Assembly (NCBI GenBank): GCA_045805365.1
Contig: JBJMLJ010000270.1
Span: 1 to 28,917, forward strand
Length of the DNA stretch: 28,917 nucleotides
Direction of reading: 5' to 3'
Origin: Thermoleophilaceae bacterium
Lineage (GTDB): Bacteria > Actinomycetota > Thermoleophilia > Solirubrobacterales > Thermoleophilaceae
Below are positions 15,385-24,077 of the stretch, piece after piece. The notes under the pieces are model-generated. The model ran no database searches and was not told where the DNA came from. It saw only the letters and a program-made list of their open reading frames with translations. The first letter of the stretch is position 1. Each line of letters begins with the position of its first letter. The position numbers were made by a program, and so were the translations under genes.

Positions 15385-16370
15385 TCGACGCCCACGGCCA
15401 CATCACCCACCCCGAGCTCCTCAAGCGCTACCCGATGCCGCCGGTGCTGGGCGACATCGAGGGAATGCTCGACCGAAAGTCCGCCGCCGGCATCGACGTG
15501 ACCGTCGTGGGCAGCCCGGTGGGGTTCGGGACCATGAGCAAGCGCGGGCACGACAACTACGCCCAGCCGTTCGACGAGCTCAAGGAGTTCCACGACTGGC
15601 TGGCCGAGACCGTCCGGAAGTACTCGCCGCGCCTGGCCGCCTACGCCTACACCAATCCGTTCGGCGGCGACGAGCTGCTCGAGTACACGGCTCAGACGGT
15701 CCGCGACGGCGGGTTCGTCGGGCTGATCGTCAACACGAGCGTCAAGGGCGAGTACCTCGACTCGGAGAAGGCGGACCCGTTCTTCGAGATGGCGGCCGAG
15801 CTCGGCAAGCCGGTCTTCCTGCATCCACCCGCGGAGCCCGTCGGCAGCGACAGCCTCGGCGACTTCCGGCTGGTAGAGCAGGTCGGCCGCTTCATGGACG
15901 TCACGGTGGGGCTGGCCGCCCTGGTCTTCGGCGGTCGATCGGAGCAGTACCCGGAGCTGCCGTTCGTGGCCGCGACCGCCGGCGGGGCGATCTCGCTGCT
16001 CGCCGGGCGGCTCGACTCGGCCTATCAGCCGCGTCACTGGAAGGGCGGTGGACCGCCCGGCGGCGGGCCCCCGGGCGGCGGCCCCCCGATGGCGCAGTAT
16101 GAGAACAAGATCACCGAGCCGCCCAGCAAGTTCCTCGCGAACATCTACGTGGACACGGCCAACTCCAGCATCCCCAACCACCTGGCGAACCTGGAGCTGA
16201 TGGGAACCGGCCACATCCTCTTCGGAAGTGACAGCCCGCCGCTGTCGACGCCGCTCGACGAGGCGATCGCCATGGTCGAGAAGCTGCCCATCTCCGAGGA
16301 CGAGAGGCAGCAGATCCTCTCAGGCAACGCGCGCCGCCTGTTCGGGCTGAACGGCGACGGCGCGGGCTGA
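15372..16370 (+). CDS. Amidohydrolase_2 family protein (ACMSD/aromatic-acid decarboxylase-like)
   Basis: DAHGH, FLHP, GRLD and LFGSDSP metal-site motifs; ILSGNARRLF C-terminus. Start is the GTG at 15372, overlapping the upstream stop. Confidence 0.88.
   Translation: MAGVVDAHGHITHPELLKRYPMPPVLGDIEGMLDRKSAAGIDVTVVGSPVGFGTMSKRGHDNYAQPFDELKEFHDWLAETVRKYSPRLAAYAYTNPFGGDELLEYTAQTVRDGGFVGLIVNTSVKGEYLDSEKADPFFEMAAELGKPVFLHPPAEPVGSDSLGDFRLVEQVGRFMDVTVGLAALVFGGRSEQYPELPFVAATAGGAISLLAGRLDSAYQPRHWKGGGPPGGGPPGGGPPMAQYENKITEPPSKFLANIYVDTANSSIPNHLANLELMGTGHILFGSDSPPLSTPLDEAIAMVEKLPISEDERQQILSGNARRLFGLNGDGAG
16044..16088 (+). repeat. Coding repeat (GGGPP)3 inside the amidohydrolase
   Basis: ggc ggt gga ccg ccc / ggc ggc ggg ccc ccg / ggc ggc ggc ccc ccg. 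Confidence 0.9.
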
Positions 16371-16405
16371 TCGGACATGTCGGACCCTGCTGACCGGGCA
16401 CCAGC

Positions 16406-17095
16406 GTGATACTGCCGATCGCCTCGGTCTTCGATGTGGCCGCCGGCGTCGGCTATCCGCTGATATTCCTCTTTGTCTTCCTCGAGACCGGTTGCGGCAT
16501 CCCCTTCGCTCCCGGGGACCTCGCCCTGGTCTCGGGCGCGATCGCGGCCGCCGACGGAAAGCTCCAGATCGGCTGGGTGATCGTCGTGGCCGCGGGAGGC
16601 GCGATCGTCGGCGACAACGTCGGCTATGTGATCGGCCGCCTCGGCGGACGCAAACTCCTCGAGCGGCCAGGGCTCTTCGCCAAGCAGCGCAACGCCGTGC
16701 TCGTCATGGCCGACCCGTACTTCGAACGGCACGGGCCCAAGACCGTCTTCATAGGCCGCTGGCTGCCGGTGCTGCGGGTGTACGCGTCCTGGCTGGCCGG
16801 CGCCAGCAGGATGCAGTGGTCGACCTTCTTGTTCTGGAACGCCTCCGGCGGCATCTTCTGGGCCTGCGCCGTGGGCGTCGGCGCCTACTTCGGAGGATCC
16901 GCGGCGAAGGGTGTCATCAGTAGCCTCGGCAAGTTCGGCGTCCTCTTCGTCGTGATCGTGGCGGTCAGCATCTTCCTCTTCTTCCGCCGGCAGCAGCACC
17001 GCGCTGCGGACCGGGTGCGCACCGAGAGCCAGCAGCTCCGAGCCCTCGATCAGGCCGGCACGACGCGCCCGGCGGCCGCCGAGCCCCAGGCCTAG
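16406..17095 (+). CDS. DedA family membrane protein
   Basis: FLETG...PGD, GAIVGDNVGYVIGR and VFIGRWLPVLR motifs; several hydrophobic segments. Confidence 0.92.
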   Translation: MILPIASVFDVAAGVGYPLIFLFVFLETGCGIPFAPGDLALVSGAIAAADGKLQIGWVIVVAAGGAIVGDNVGYVIGRLGGRKLLERPGLFAKQRNAVLVMADPYFERHGPKTVFIGRWLPVLRVYASWLAGASRMQWSTFLFWNASGGIFWACAVGVGAYFGGSAAKGVISSLGKFGVLFVVIVAVSIFLFFRRQQHRAADRVRTESQQLRALDQAGTTRPAAAEPQA

Positions 17096-17227
17096 CGTGC
17101 TATGCGCGGGGCGGCGGGACTTCACGGCCGGCCCAGGAATAATCGTTACACGTAGGAATAACCGGGACTTGACGGGCCTCGTCGGCTGCGGGAGAGTCGT
17201 CTGATCGACTCGCTTAGGAGGCTCACG

Positions 17228-18895
17228 ATGACGCGTCTTCCCGCCCGTGCAGGGCTGCTGGCACTGTTCGTGATTGTTGGGCTCGTAGCCGCCGCTCCGG
17301 CTGGTGCGGCCAACTTCACGGTCAACAGCACCGCCGACACGCACGACGCCAACCTCGCGGACCCGGCCTGTGCCACCGCGGCCGGCACCTGCACACTGCG
17401 GGCGGCTGTTGACCAGGCGAACCTCACGCCAGCTCCCGACGTGATCGTGCTCCGGGGCGGCACCTACACCCTCACGGGCGCCGCCGGTAACAACGACAAC
17501 TCCTCGGGCGACCTCGACATCAGGCATGCGACGACGATCAGCGGCGCAGGAGCCCGGAGGACGAAGATCGTCGGGACCGGGAGCGACCGCGTGATAGACC
17601 TCGACGTCGAGCCCGGCGCGCTCCTGAAGATCTCCGGCGTCACCATCACCGGAGGAGGCGGCCAAGCTTCGGGCGGGGGCATCCACCAGTCGAATGGATT
17701 CCTGATGCTGTCGGACTCGAGCGTCGTCCGGAATCGGGTGGAGTCAGCGACCGGCACGTCGAACCAGGGCGGGGGGCTGTTCGTCAGCGCGCATTTCCAC
17801 CTGGAGAACGTGACGATCGCGAAGAACGTCGCCACCCGCGGTGCATCGAGCAGCTTCGGGCCACAGGGTGGCGGCCTATACGACAACGGCGCCACGCTGC
17901 CCGCGTCCATCGAGAACGTGACGTTCGCAGGCAACCGGGCGAATGGTGCCGGCGCTCAGGGCGGAGGCGAGTTCGACAACGCGACTGATGGGGCCGAGGG
18001 CTGGACGAACGTGACGATGACCGGCAACTCGGTCAGCGGCTCCGGTGCCCAGGCCGGCGGGATCTTCGTCAACGACCACATCACGATCAGGAACTCGATC
18101 GTGGCGCGGAACCGCTCCGGCAGCGCGAAGAGCAACTGCTTCCTGAACGACTCCGTCCACTCCGTGGGCAACAACCTCGAGGAAGGCACGGACTGTGCCT
18201 TCACACTGGCGGGTGACCTGCGCAACACCAACCCGCTGCTGGCACCGCTCGCCAACTACGGCGGGCAGGTCGACACCCAGGCGCTCCTGAGCGGCAGCCC
18301 CGCGATCGACTCCGGCACCGCCGAAGGCTGCCCGAAGACCGACGCCCGCGGGGTCGCGCGGCCGCAGGGCCCGGAGTGTGACATCGGTGCCTTCGAGGCG
18401 GGGTGTCTGACCACGAGGGGCAAGCTGCATGGCAAGAGCCTTGGGGGGGCCAAGCTGGGGCGGTCGCAGAAGGCGCAGAGGCGCAAGTTCCAGGGCCTGA
18501 GGCTGAAGACGCGCAAGGGCCTCGACCGCTACTGCGCGGCCGGTGGCGGCAGCTTCCAGGTCGGTTATCCGACGAAGCGGCTGCTGCGCACCCTGAAGCG
18601 CAACGTGCGCAGGAAGCTCAAGAAGCGGGTGGTGATCGTCGTGACCTCGAGCAAGCACTTCTCGCTCAAGGGTCTCCGCCGCGGCGACTCGCGGAAGAAG
18701 GCCCGCCGCAAGCTACCCGGCGCGCGCAGGCTCAGGGTCGGCAACAAGCGCTGGCTCGTGGTTCCGGGCCGCAGGGTGACGCTGCTGGTGCGGATCCACG
18801 CCGGCAAGGTCCAGGAGATCGGCATCGCGGACGGCCGCCTGAGCAACGGCACGAAGGGGACGAAGCGCTTGCTCCGCGCGTGGCGGATCAGCTAG
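17228..18895 (+). CDS. Secreted CSLREA / choice-of-anchor-Q beta-helix protein with Lys/Arg-rich C-terminal domain
   Basis: Signal peptide ending APAGA; FTVNSTAD...CTLRAA; GGG-L and NVT repeats; PLLAPLANYGG...ALLSGSPAID; AGGAGG RBS. Confidence 0.85.
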   Translation: MTRLPARAGLLALFVIVGLVAAAPAGAANFTVNSTADTHDANLADPACATAAGTCTLRAAVDQANLTPAPDVIVLRGGTYTLTGAAGNNDNSSGDLDIRHATTISGAGARRTKIVGTGSDRVIDLDVEPGALLKISGVTITGGGGQASGGGIHQSNGFLMLSDSSVVRNRVESATGTSNQGGGLFVSAHFHLENVTIAKNVATRGASSSFGPQGGGLYDNGATLPASIENVTFAGNRANGAGAQGGGEFDNATDGAEGWTNVTMTGNSVSGSGAQAGGIFVNDHITIRNSIVARNRSGSAKSNCFLNDSVHSVGNNLEEGTDCAFTLAGDLRNTNPLLAPLANYGGQVDTQALLSGSPAIDSGTAEGCPKTDARGVARPQGPECDIGAFEAGCLTTRGKLHGKSLGGAKLGRSQKAQRRKFQGLRLKTRKGLDRYCAAGGGSFQVGYPTKRLLRTLKRNVRRKLKKRVVIVVTSSKHFSLKGLRRGDSRKKARRKLPGARRLRVGNKRWLVVPGRRVTLLVRIHAGKVQEIGIADGRLSNGTKGTKRLLRAWRIS

Positions 18896-19380
18896 GAGGA
18901 CCAGACGGCGAGGATCTGCTCGCCGAGCTGACCGCCGGAACCCCAGCCGACGATCTGACCCTGCTCGTTGATCGCGACGGCGACGGCTTCTTCGTCGACG
19001 CTCACGCCGTACTGATCGATGACCTCGCCTGACCAGTCGATGAGCATGAGAATGTCCTGCGCGGGATCCGGGCCGGCGGTCGGTAGCGCTGCCGCCTGTC
19101 CCACCGCTTCCTCGTACTGCTTCTTGAGCTTGCCCTTCACGACCCTCCGAGCCGGGCGTGGCGCCTGCCGAAGATCCGACACGGTAATGACCGTCACCTG
19201 ATCCGGGCCGTAGCGGCCGCGAATCGTCATGAGTCCGTCCTTTAGCTGCGCGGCGCTGCGCGTCCCGCCGAACACGACCACTACCCACCTGCCCCGGTAG
19301 TCGCTCAGGGACACGTGGTGCCCGAGCACATGCTCCAGGGTGAAGTCGGGTGCCTGCTCGGGGAGCTGCTGAGAAGCCAC
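18892..19380 (-). CDS. Thioredoxin-fold (AhpC/TSA redoxin-like) protein without cysteine
   Basis: APDFTL...VSLSDYRGRWVVVVF start is typical of redoxins; no Cys in the translation. Confidence 0.7.
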   Translation of the reverse strand: MASQQLPEQAPDFTLEHVLGHHVSLSDYRGRWVVVVFGGTRSAAQLKDGLMTIRGRYGPDQVTVITVSDLRQAPRPARRVVKGKLKKQYEEAVGQAAALPTAGPDPAQDILMLIDWSGEVIDQYGVSVDEEAVAVAINEQGQIVGWGSGGQLGEQILAVWSS

Positions 19381-19685
19381 GTGCTTACCTCCAGTTCAAC
19401 TTCGGTCGGACCGGGGGCGCGCCGTGCCGCGTGCTCAGCACGCCGGGTGAATCGGCCCCCGTCGCCAGGCGCCGAGTCTTCCACGACGCGCTCGCCGGTG
19501 TCAAGCGGCGCGCCATGGCAGGGTCATTAGAGGCGCCAGGCCGCCTCGCTGCGTCCTTGACGCGAGCCGCGAGCTGCCGCTAGGATCGCGCCGCCTAATC
19601 CAGCGGCTCGTCAGCGTAGACCGAATCGGGTGTCGAAGGTTAGCCTCCGCTGAGTAGTCAGGGCGACGGACGCTATCAACCTGAA

Positions 19686-19730
19686 TTTTTAATAACGGGC
19701 GCGATCGCGACGTGTTAAAAGTCAAACTTT
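19686..19730. promoter_or_regulatory. AT-rich intergenic tract with imperfect dyad symmetry, probable promoter/operator
   Basis: tttttaataacg..cgcgatcgcg..cgtgttaaaa; central palindrome at 19700-19709; about 70 nt upstream of the permease start. Confidence 0.4.
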
Positions 19731-19797
19731 GGCGATCGAGAACACGTACAGTGAGTGTCGGCGCAGTGGCTGAGATGTCCGACCACGACACTGACGC

Positions 19798-20577
19798 GTG
19801 AGCCCGTCGCTCGGCACACAGGCTCGGATAGTCGCGCGGCGGTCGATCTCACGAACGCTCAGGCAGCCCGCCGTGGTCATCCCGAACGTGATCTTCCCGC
19901 TGTTCATGCTCGCGGTTCTCTCGAAGGCCGGTGATCAAGCCACGAAGATCCCGCACTTCCCGACTAAGTCCTATCTCACGTTTGTCCTCGGGGCCACGAT
20001 GGTCCAGGGCGCCACGAGCGCCGCGACACTCGCGGGGGGCATGCTCGCCGAGGATATGGAGGGGGGCTTCATGGGCCGGCTGCTGCTGACTCCGGTCCGC
20101 CAGGCGGTGCTGATCATTGCGCAACTGGCCGGCGTGACAATCGTCGGCTTCGTCCAGTCGAGCATTTTCCTCGGCGTCGGCCTTGCATTCGGCGCCGACG
20201 TCAAGGCGGGTGTCGGGGGAGCGCTAGTGCTGCTCGCGGTGGCGGTGCTGCTCGTTCTGACGTTCGGTGCGATCGGCTTGATGGTCGGGGCGATGGCGGG
20301 CTCGACCGCCCAGGTCCAGGCGCTCACCGGCCTATTCGTGGCCTTGATGTTCATGTCATCGATGCTGATGCCGCGAAACCTGATCGCGCACGACTGGTTC
20401 AAGACGATCGCGACCTACAACCCGATCTCCTACCTGGTCGAAGCGACCCGCAGCCTGCTGATCGAGGGCTGGGATGGGGAGGCTCTTGCGCTTGGCTGCG
20501 GCTTCGCCGCGATCGGGCTGGTCCTTGCCCTGACGGTCGCGACGCTCAGCCTTCGTCGCACATTGGAGCGGACATGA
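19798..20577 (+). CDS. ABC-2 type exporter permease (DrrB-like)
   Basis: About six hydrophobic segments; GFMGRLLLTPV; FMSSMLMP...YNPISYLVEATRSL. Confidence 0.9.
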   Translation: MSPSLGTQARIVARRSISRTLRQPAVVIPNVIFPLFMLAVLSKAGDQATKIPHFPTKSYLTFVLGATMVQGATSAATLAGGMLAEDMEGGFMGRLLLTPVRQAVLIIAQLAGVTIVGFVQSSIFLGVGLAFGADVKAGVGGALVLLAVAVLLVLTFGAIGLMVGAMAGSTAQVQALTGLFVALMFMSSMLMPRNLIAHDWFKTIATYNPISYLVEATRSLLIEGWDGEALALGCGFAAIGLVLALTVATLSLRRTLERT

Positions 20578-21374
20578 GCCGTTCGGGCTTGGTCACGCAG
20601 GCGGTCGCGCGGCGCAGCGCCAGCAAGCTTCTCAAGAACCCAGGGCCCGGCCTGCCGCCGCTGCTCATTCCGTTGTTCATGTTCGCGGCCGTGGCAGGTG
20701 CGATGTCGAGCATCGATATCGGTTACTACAACTACACGGCCTTCACCTTCGTGTTTGTGGTGTACATGGGCGCCATGTTCGTCGGAGTGTTCACCGGGAT
20801 CGAGATCGCCGGCGACTTCGGAACGGGCATCGGGGCACGGCTGATGCTGGCGGTGCCCCGCCGGCTGGCGATCATCGGCGGCTACCTGGTGACGTCGTTC
20901 GTGCGCGGGCTGATCGCGGTCGTCGTCATAGGAGGGATCGCCGTGGCCACCGGAATGCCGATCCGTGGCGGGGTCCTCGACATCCTCGGACTTGTCGCCC
21001 TGGCGCTGCTCCTCAACGTCGCAACGACGTTGTACGGCGCTGGCGTGGCGCTCCGTGTCCAGTCGGCTGGCGGGGGGGTATTGATCTTCATTCCCGTGTT
21101 CATGTTCATGTTGCTGACGCCGGCGTTCGTGCCGCGCAACCTCCTCAGCGGCTGGCTGAACACCGCCGCAGATATCAATCCGCTGACGCCGGCGATGGAG
21201 GCAGGCAGGAATTTCATGGCCAACACATCGGCCAACTTGGGCCTCGCCTTCGGAGCGACCGCCGGACTGGTGGTGGTCTTTCTTCTGTGGGCGATCACGG
21301 GGATGCACAAGGCTGAGCGGGGCCCGAGCGAGCCCCGCCGACGTCGCAGACGTCCCGGGCCTCAGACCTCGTAG
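20574..21374 (+). CDS. ABC-2 type exporter permease, second subunit
   Basis: Same topology; GARLMLAVP; PAFVP...INPLTPAMEAGR; ATGA overlap with the first permease. Confidence 0.88.
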   Translation: MSRSGLVTQAVARRSASKLLKNPGPGLPPLLIPLFMFAAVAGAMSSIDIGYYNYTAFTFVFVVYMGAMFVGVFTGIEIAGDFGTGIGARLMLAVPRRLAIIGGYLVTSFVRGLIAVVVIGGIAVATGMPIRGGVLDILGLVALALLLNVATTLYGAGVALRVQSAGGGVLIFIPVFMFMLLTPAFVPRNLLSGWLNTAADINPLTPAMEAGRNFMANTSANLGLAFGATAGLVVVFLLWAITGMHKAERGPSEPRRRRRRPGPQTS

Positions 21375-22543
21375 TCGATGCTCGACGCGAGCATCGAGTG
21401 CCGCGCCGAGGCGGGAATGCAACGCATCCCGGCGTTGCGGACGGCGCGGAGCTCTCGATTGCGCCAGAAGAGCACCTTGCCGCGACGCCTCGAGGACAGG
21501 ACCACCTTGGCGCACCGATCCATGCGCGCTTGCTCGTAGGCCTCTAACGCATGCGCCAGCATCCGCTGGTCTCGCAGGCCATCGGTCAGCGCCAGCTCCT
21601 TGGAGAGACGGACTCCGTCCTCCATCGAGATCCCGGCGCCCTGGCCGACAAAGGGGGTCGTCATGTGGGCCGCGTCACCAAGCAGAGCCACGCGACCCTT
21701 GACCCACGTCTCCTCTGGATCGCGATCGTAGATGTCGGTCCTGATGATCTCTGGCTCGGGAGTTGCGGTGACGACCTGGTGCGCCATTTCCGGAAACTCG
21801 CGCAGGTGATCATGGAGGAGCTGATGCAGTCCCTGCGTCGGGTTGGTTCCGCCCTCGGGCTCGCGCTTGCCGATCCCCCAATAGATTCGCTGCCTACCGA
21901 CAGGAAACATCACGAAGGTCTGACCGGTGCCGAGATAGCCCCTCGCGGTGTCGTCGGGGAGGACGCCGTCCAGCTGGACGACCGAGCGCCAGATCGTGAC
22001 TCCCGAATACCGTGGCGGCCGGTCGGCGTCACCGTACACATGCTTGCGAACCACCGAGCGGCCGCCATCGGCACCGATCAGGACCGCTCCGCGCTCAGTG
22101 CGCCCGTCGGCGAAGTGCGCGGTCACGCCATCCGGGTCCTGCTCGACCCTGATGCATTCGGCGCCCATCTGGAGCACGCCGTCGTCGAGTGCGCCGACCA
22201 ACGCGAGCTGCACGTCGGCCCGCAGCAAGCTGATCGCCGGCGTTCCGAACGCGTCGGCGACCTCGCCCTGCGGAAGCTGGAGGAGCAGGCGCCCTCCCGA
22301 GTCGTAGATCTCCTGGTTTCTGAGCTCGGTGCCGGCGTCCATCAGCCGATCGCCGACGCCGATCTTCATGAGCGCGCGCAGGGCATTGCTCTGCACGCCG
22401 AGCCCGGCACCGACCTGGCCCAGCTCCGGGGCGCGCTCGAAGAGCAATGTCTCGATGCCCACCCGGCTCAAGGCGATCGCAGCTGTGAGGCCGCCGGGCC
22501 CGGCGCCGATGATCAGTGCTCGCCTTGGTGTGTCGGCCACCAC
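21362..22543 (-). CDS. FAD-dependent aromatic monooxygenase, paralog 1
   Basis: IIGAGPGG, LIGADG and LLGDAAHMTTPFVGQG fingerprints of class A flavoprotein hydroxylases. Confidence 0.93.
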   Translation of the reverse strand: MVADTPRRALIIGAGPGGLTAAIALSRVGIETLLFERAPELGQVGAGLGVQSNALRALMKIGVGDRLMDAGTELRNQEIYDSGGRLLLQLPQGEVADAFGTPAISLLRADVQLALVGALDDGVLQMGAECIRVEQDPDGVTAHFADGRTERGAVLIGADGGRSVVRKHVYGDADRPPRYSGVTIWRSVVQLDGVLPDDTARGYLGTGQTFVMFPVGRQRIYWGIGKREPEGGTNPTQGLHQLLHDHLREFPEMAHQVVTATPEPEIIRTDIYDRDPEETWVKGRVALLGDAAHMTTPFVGQGAGISMEDGVRLSKELALTDGLRDQRMLAHALEAYEQARMDRCAKVVLSSRRRGKVLFWRNRELRAVRNAGMRCIPASARHSMLASSIDYEV

Positions 22544-22728
22544 AGTTGACCCGTCGCGCCCATCATATAGCGCAGATTTCGACCTCGGCAGCCGCTGTGC
22601 GCCGGGTGTTCGAGACCGCGTCTGGCATGAGGTCCCGGGCGTTGCACGGCGCGCGCGCGAAACGGTAGGCTCGGCGACATGGTGCCGAGCACCCCCAGGC
22701 CAGCCCTCCGCTCGATCCGGTCTGCTTG

Positions 22729-24039
22729 ATGCCAGAAAAGCTTCCTCCGGGACCGAGCGGACCCCGGCTCGCGCAGGCCGCCCGGTGGATGCTCAAGCCC
22801 ACCGAATTCATGGCCGCTGCACAGGAGCAGTACGGCGATGTGTGGAGGCTAAAGCTGGTTGGCGATCGTGATCAATTCTGTGTAACTGATCCGAAGCTGA
22901 TCGACGAGGTATTCAAGGCTGGTCCCGAGCTGATGCACGGCGGCGAGTCGAACATCACCGCCACGGCGGTTCTCGGGGCGACTTCGGTCCTGGTGCTCGA
23001 CGGGGACGAGCACACGGAACAGCGCAACTTGCTGCGGTTGCCATTTCAGGGCGATCGCATGGAGCAATACAGCGAGCTGATGTCCTCGATCTGCAACGAC
23101 GAAATCGACAGCTGGCCGCTCAACGAGCCCTTCGAGCTGCTTCCGCGAATGGAGTCGATCACGCTCGAGATGATCATGCACGTGATCTTCGGCGTACGGG
23201 AGGCTGCACGCCAGGACCTTCTACGCGCGCGGATCGACGATCTGCTCGAGTGGGGGGCCGGCAAGCTGGTGATGCCGAGGCTGAAGCTGACGGTCGCGCG
23301 TGGCAAGCCTCCGCCGAAGTCGTTCCTGGCCGCTCGCGAACCGCTCGACGAGCTGTTGTTCGAGGAGATCGACCTCGCCCGCCGCGACCCGCGCCTCGAT
23401 GAACGCGATGACGGCCTCGCGATTCTGATCCGAGCCCGGCACGAAGACGGCAGCCCGATGACCGATACCGAGCTGCGGGACGCCCTCATGACGCTGTTGC
23501 TCCAGGGTCACTCGTCGACTGGAGCGGCGCTGTCGTGGGCGCTCGAGCGGTTGATGCGCCATCCGGACGTCTTCGACCGGTTCCGTGCGGAGGCGCAGGC
23601 CGACAATGACGAGTACCTCGATGCCGTCATCACCGAGACGATGCGCGTACGTCCGCCGGTAACGCAGGTGTCGCGCCACCCGCAAGCGCCGTTCCGGCTC
23701 GGTCAATACGAGGCCCCGCCGGGCTCGCCCATCGGGATCCTGATCTGGCAGGTCCATCGACGGCCTGAGCTCTACCACGACCCCGAGCGCTTCCACCCAG
23801 AGCGTATGCTCGAGCAGCCGGCGAAAAGCCCGGGGTGGTGTCCGTTTGGTGGCGGCGATCGCCATTGCATCGGAAGGACCTTCGCGACGACCGAGATGAG
23901 GGCGGTTCTGAAGACGATCGCGCGGCGCACGCGGCTCGAGCCCGTCGACATCGCCGACGAGAAGCCCTCGCGCCGCAGGGTGTTGTTCGTTCCCGGCAAG
24001 GGCGCCCGGGCCACCCTGAGAGAGCGGATCCCGGCATGA
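22729..24039 (+). CDS. Cytochrome P450
   Basis: ETMR (ExxR), PERF and heme motif PFGGGDRHCIG; atypical I-helix QGHSST. Confidence 0.95.
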   Translation: MPEKLPPGPSGPRLAQAARWMLKPTEFMAAAQEQYGDVWRLKLVGDRDQFCVTDPKLIDEVFKAGPELMHGGESNITATAVLGATSVLVLDGDEHTEQRNLLRLPFQGDRMEQYSELMSSICNDEIDSWPLNEPFELLPRMESITLEMIMHVIFGVREAARQDLLRARIDDLLEWGAGKLVMPRLKLTVARGKPPPKSFLAAREPLDELLFEEIDLARRDPRLDERDDGLAILIRARHEDGSPMTDTELRDALMTLLLQGHSSTGAALSWALERLMRHPDVFDRFRAEAQADNDEYLDAVITETMRVRPPVTQVSRHPQAPFRLGQYEAPPGSPIGILIWQVHRRPELYHDPERFHPERMLEQPAKSPGWCPFGGGDRHCIGRTFATTEMRAVLKTIARRTRLEPVDIADEKPSRRRVLFVPGKGARATLRERIPA

Positions 24040-24077
24040 AGCGCCCCTCTCGCTTCCGCTAGGCGAAAGTCGCTGCC

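Noticed and set aside
16406-17095. DedA as a dedicated self-resistance gene
   Set aside because: Only adjacency supports it; DedA proteins are common housekeeping membrane proteins.
16145-17686. 513-aa minus-strand ORF
   Set aside because: Crosses three well-supported plus-strand genes and two intergenic gaps; no recognisable domain.
19381-19797. Short ORFs, an ATPase remnant or a mobile-element scar at the junction
   Set aside because: No Walker motifs, transposase or integrase fragments, terminal repeats or target duplication seen; the short ORFs conflict with one another.
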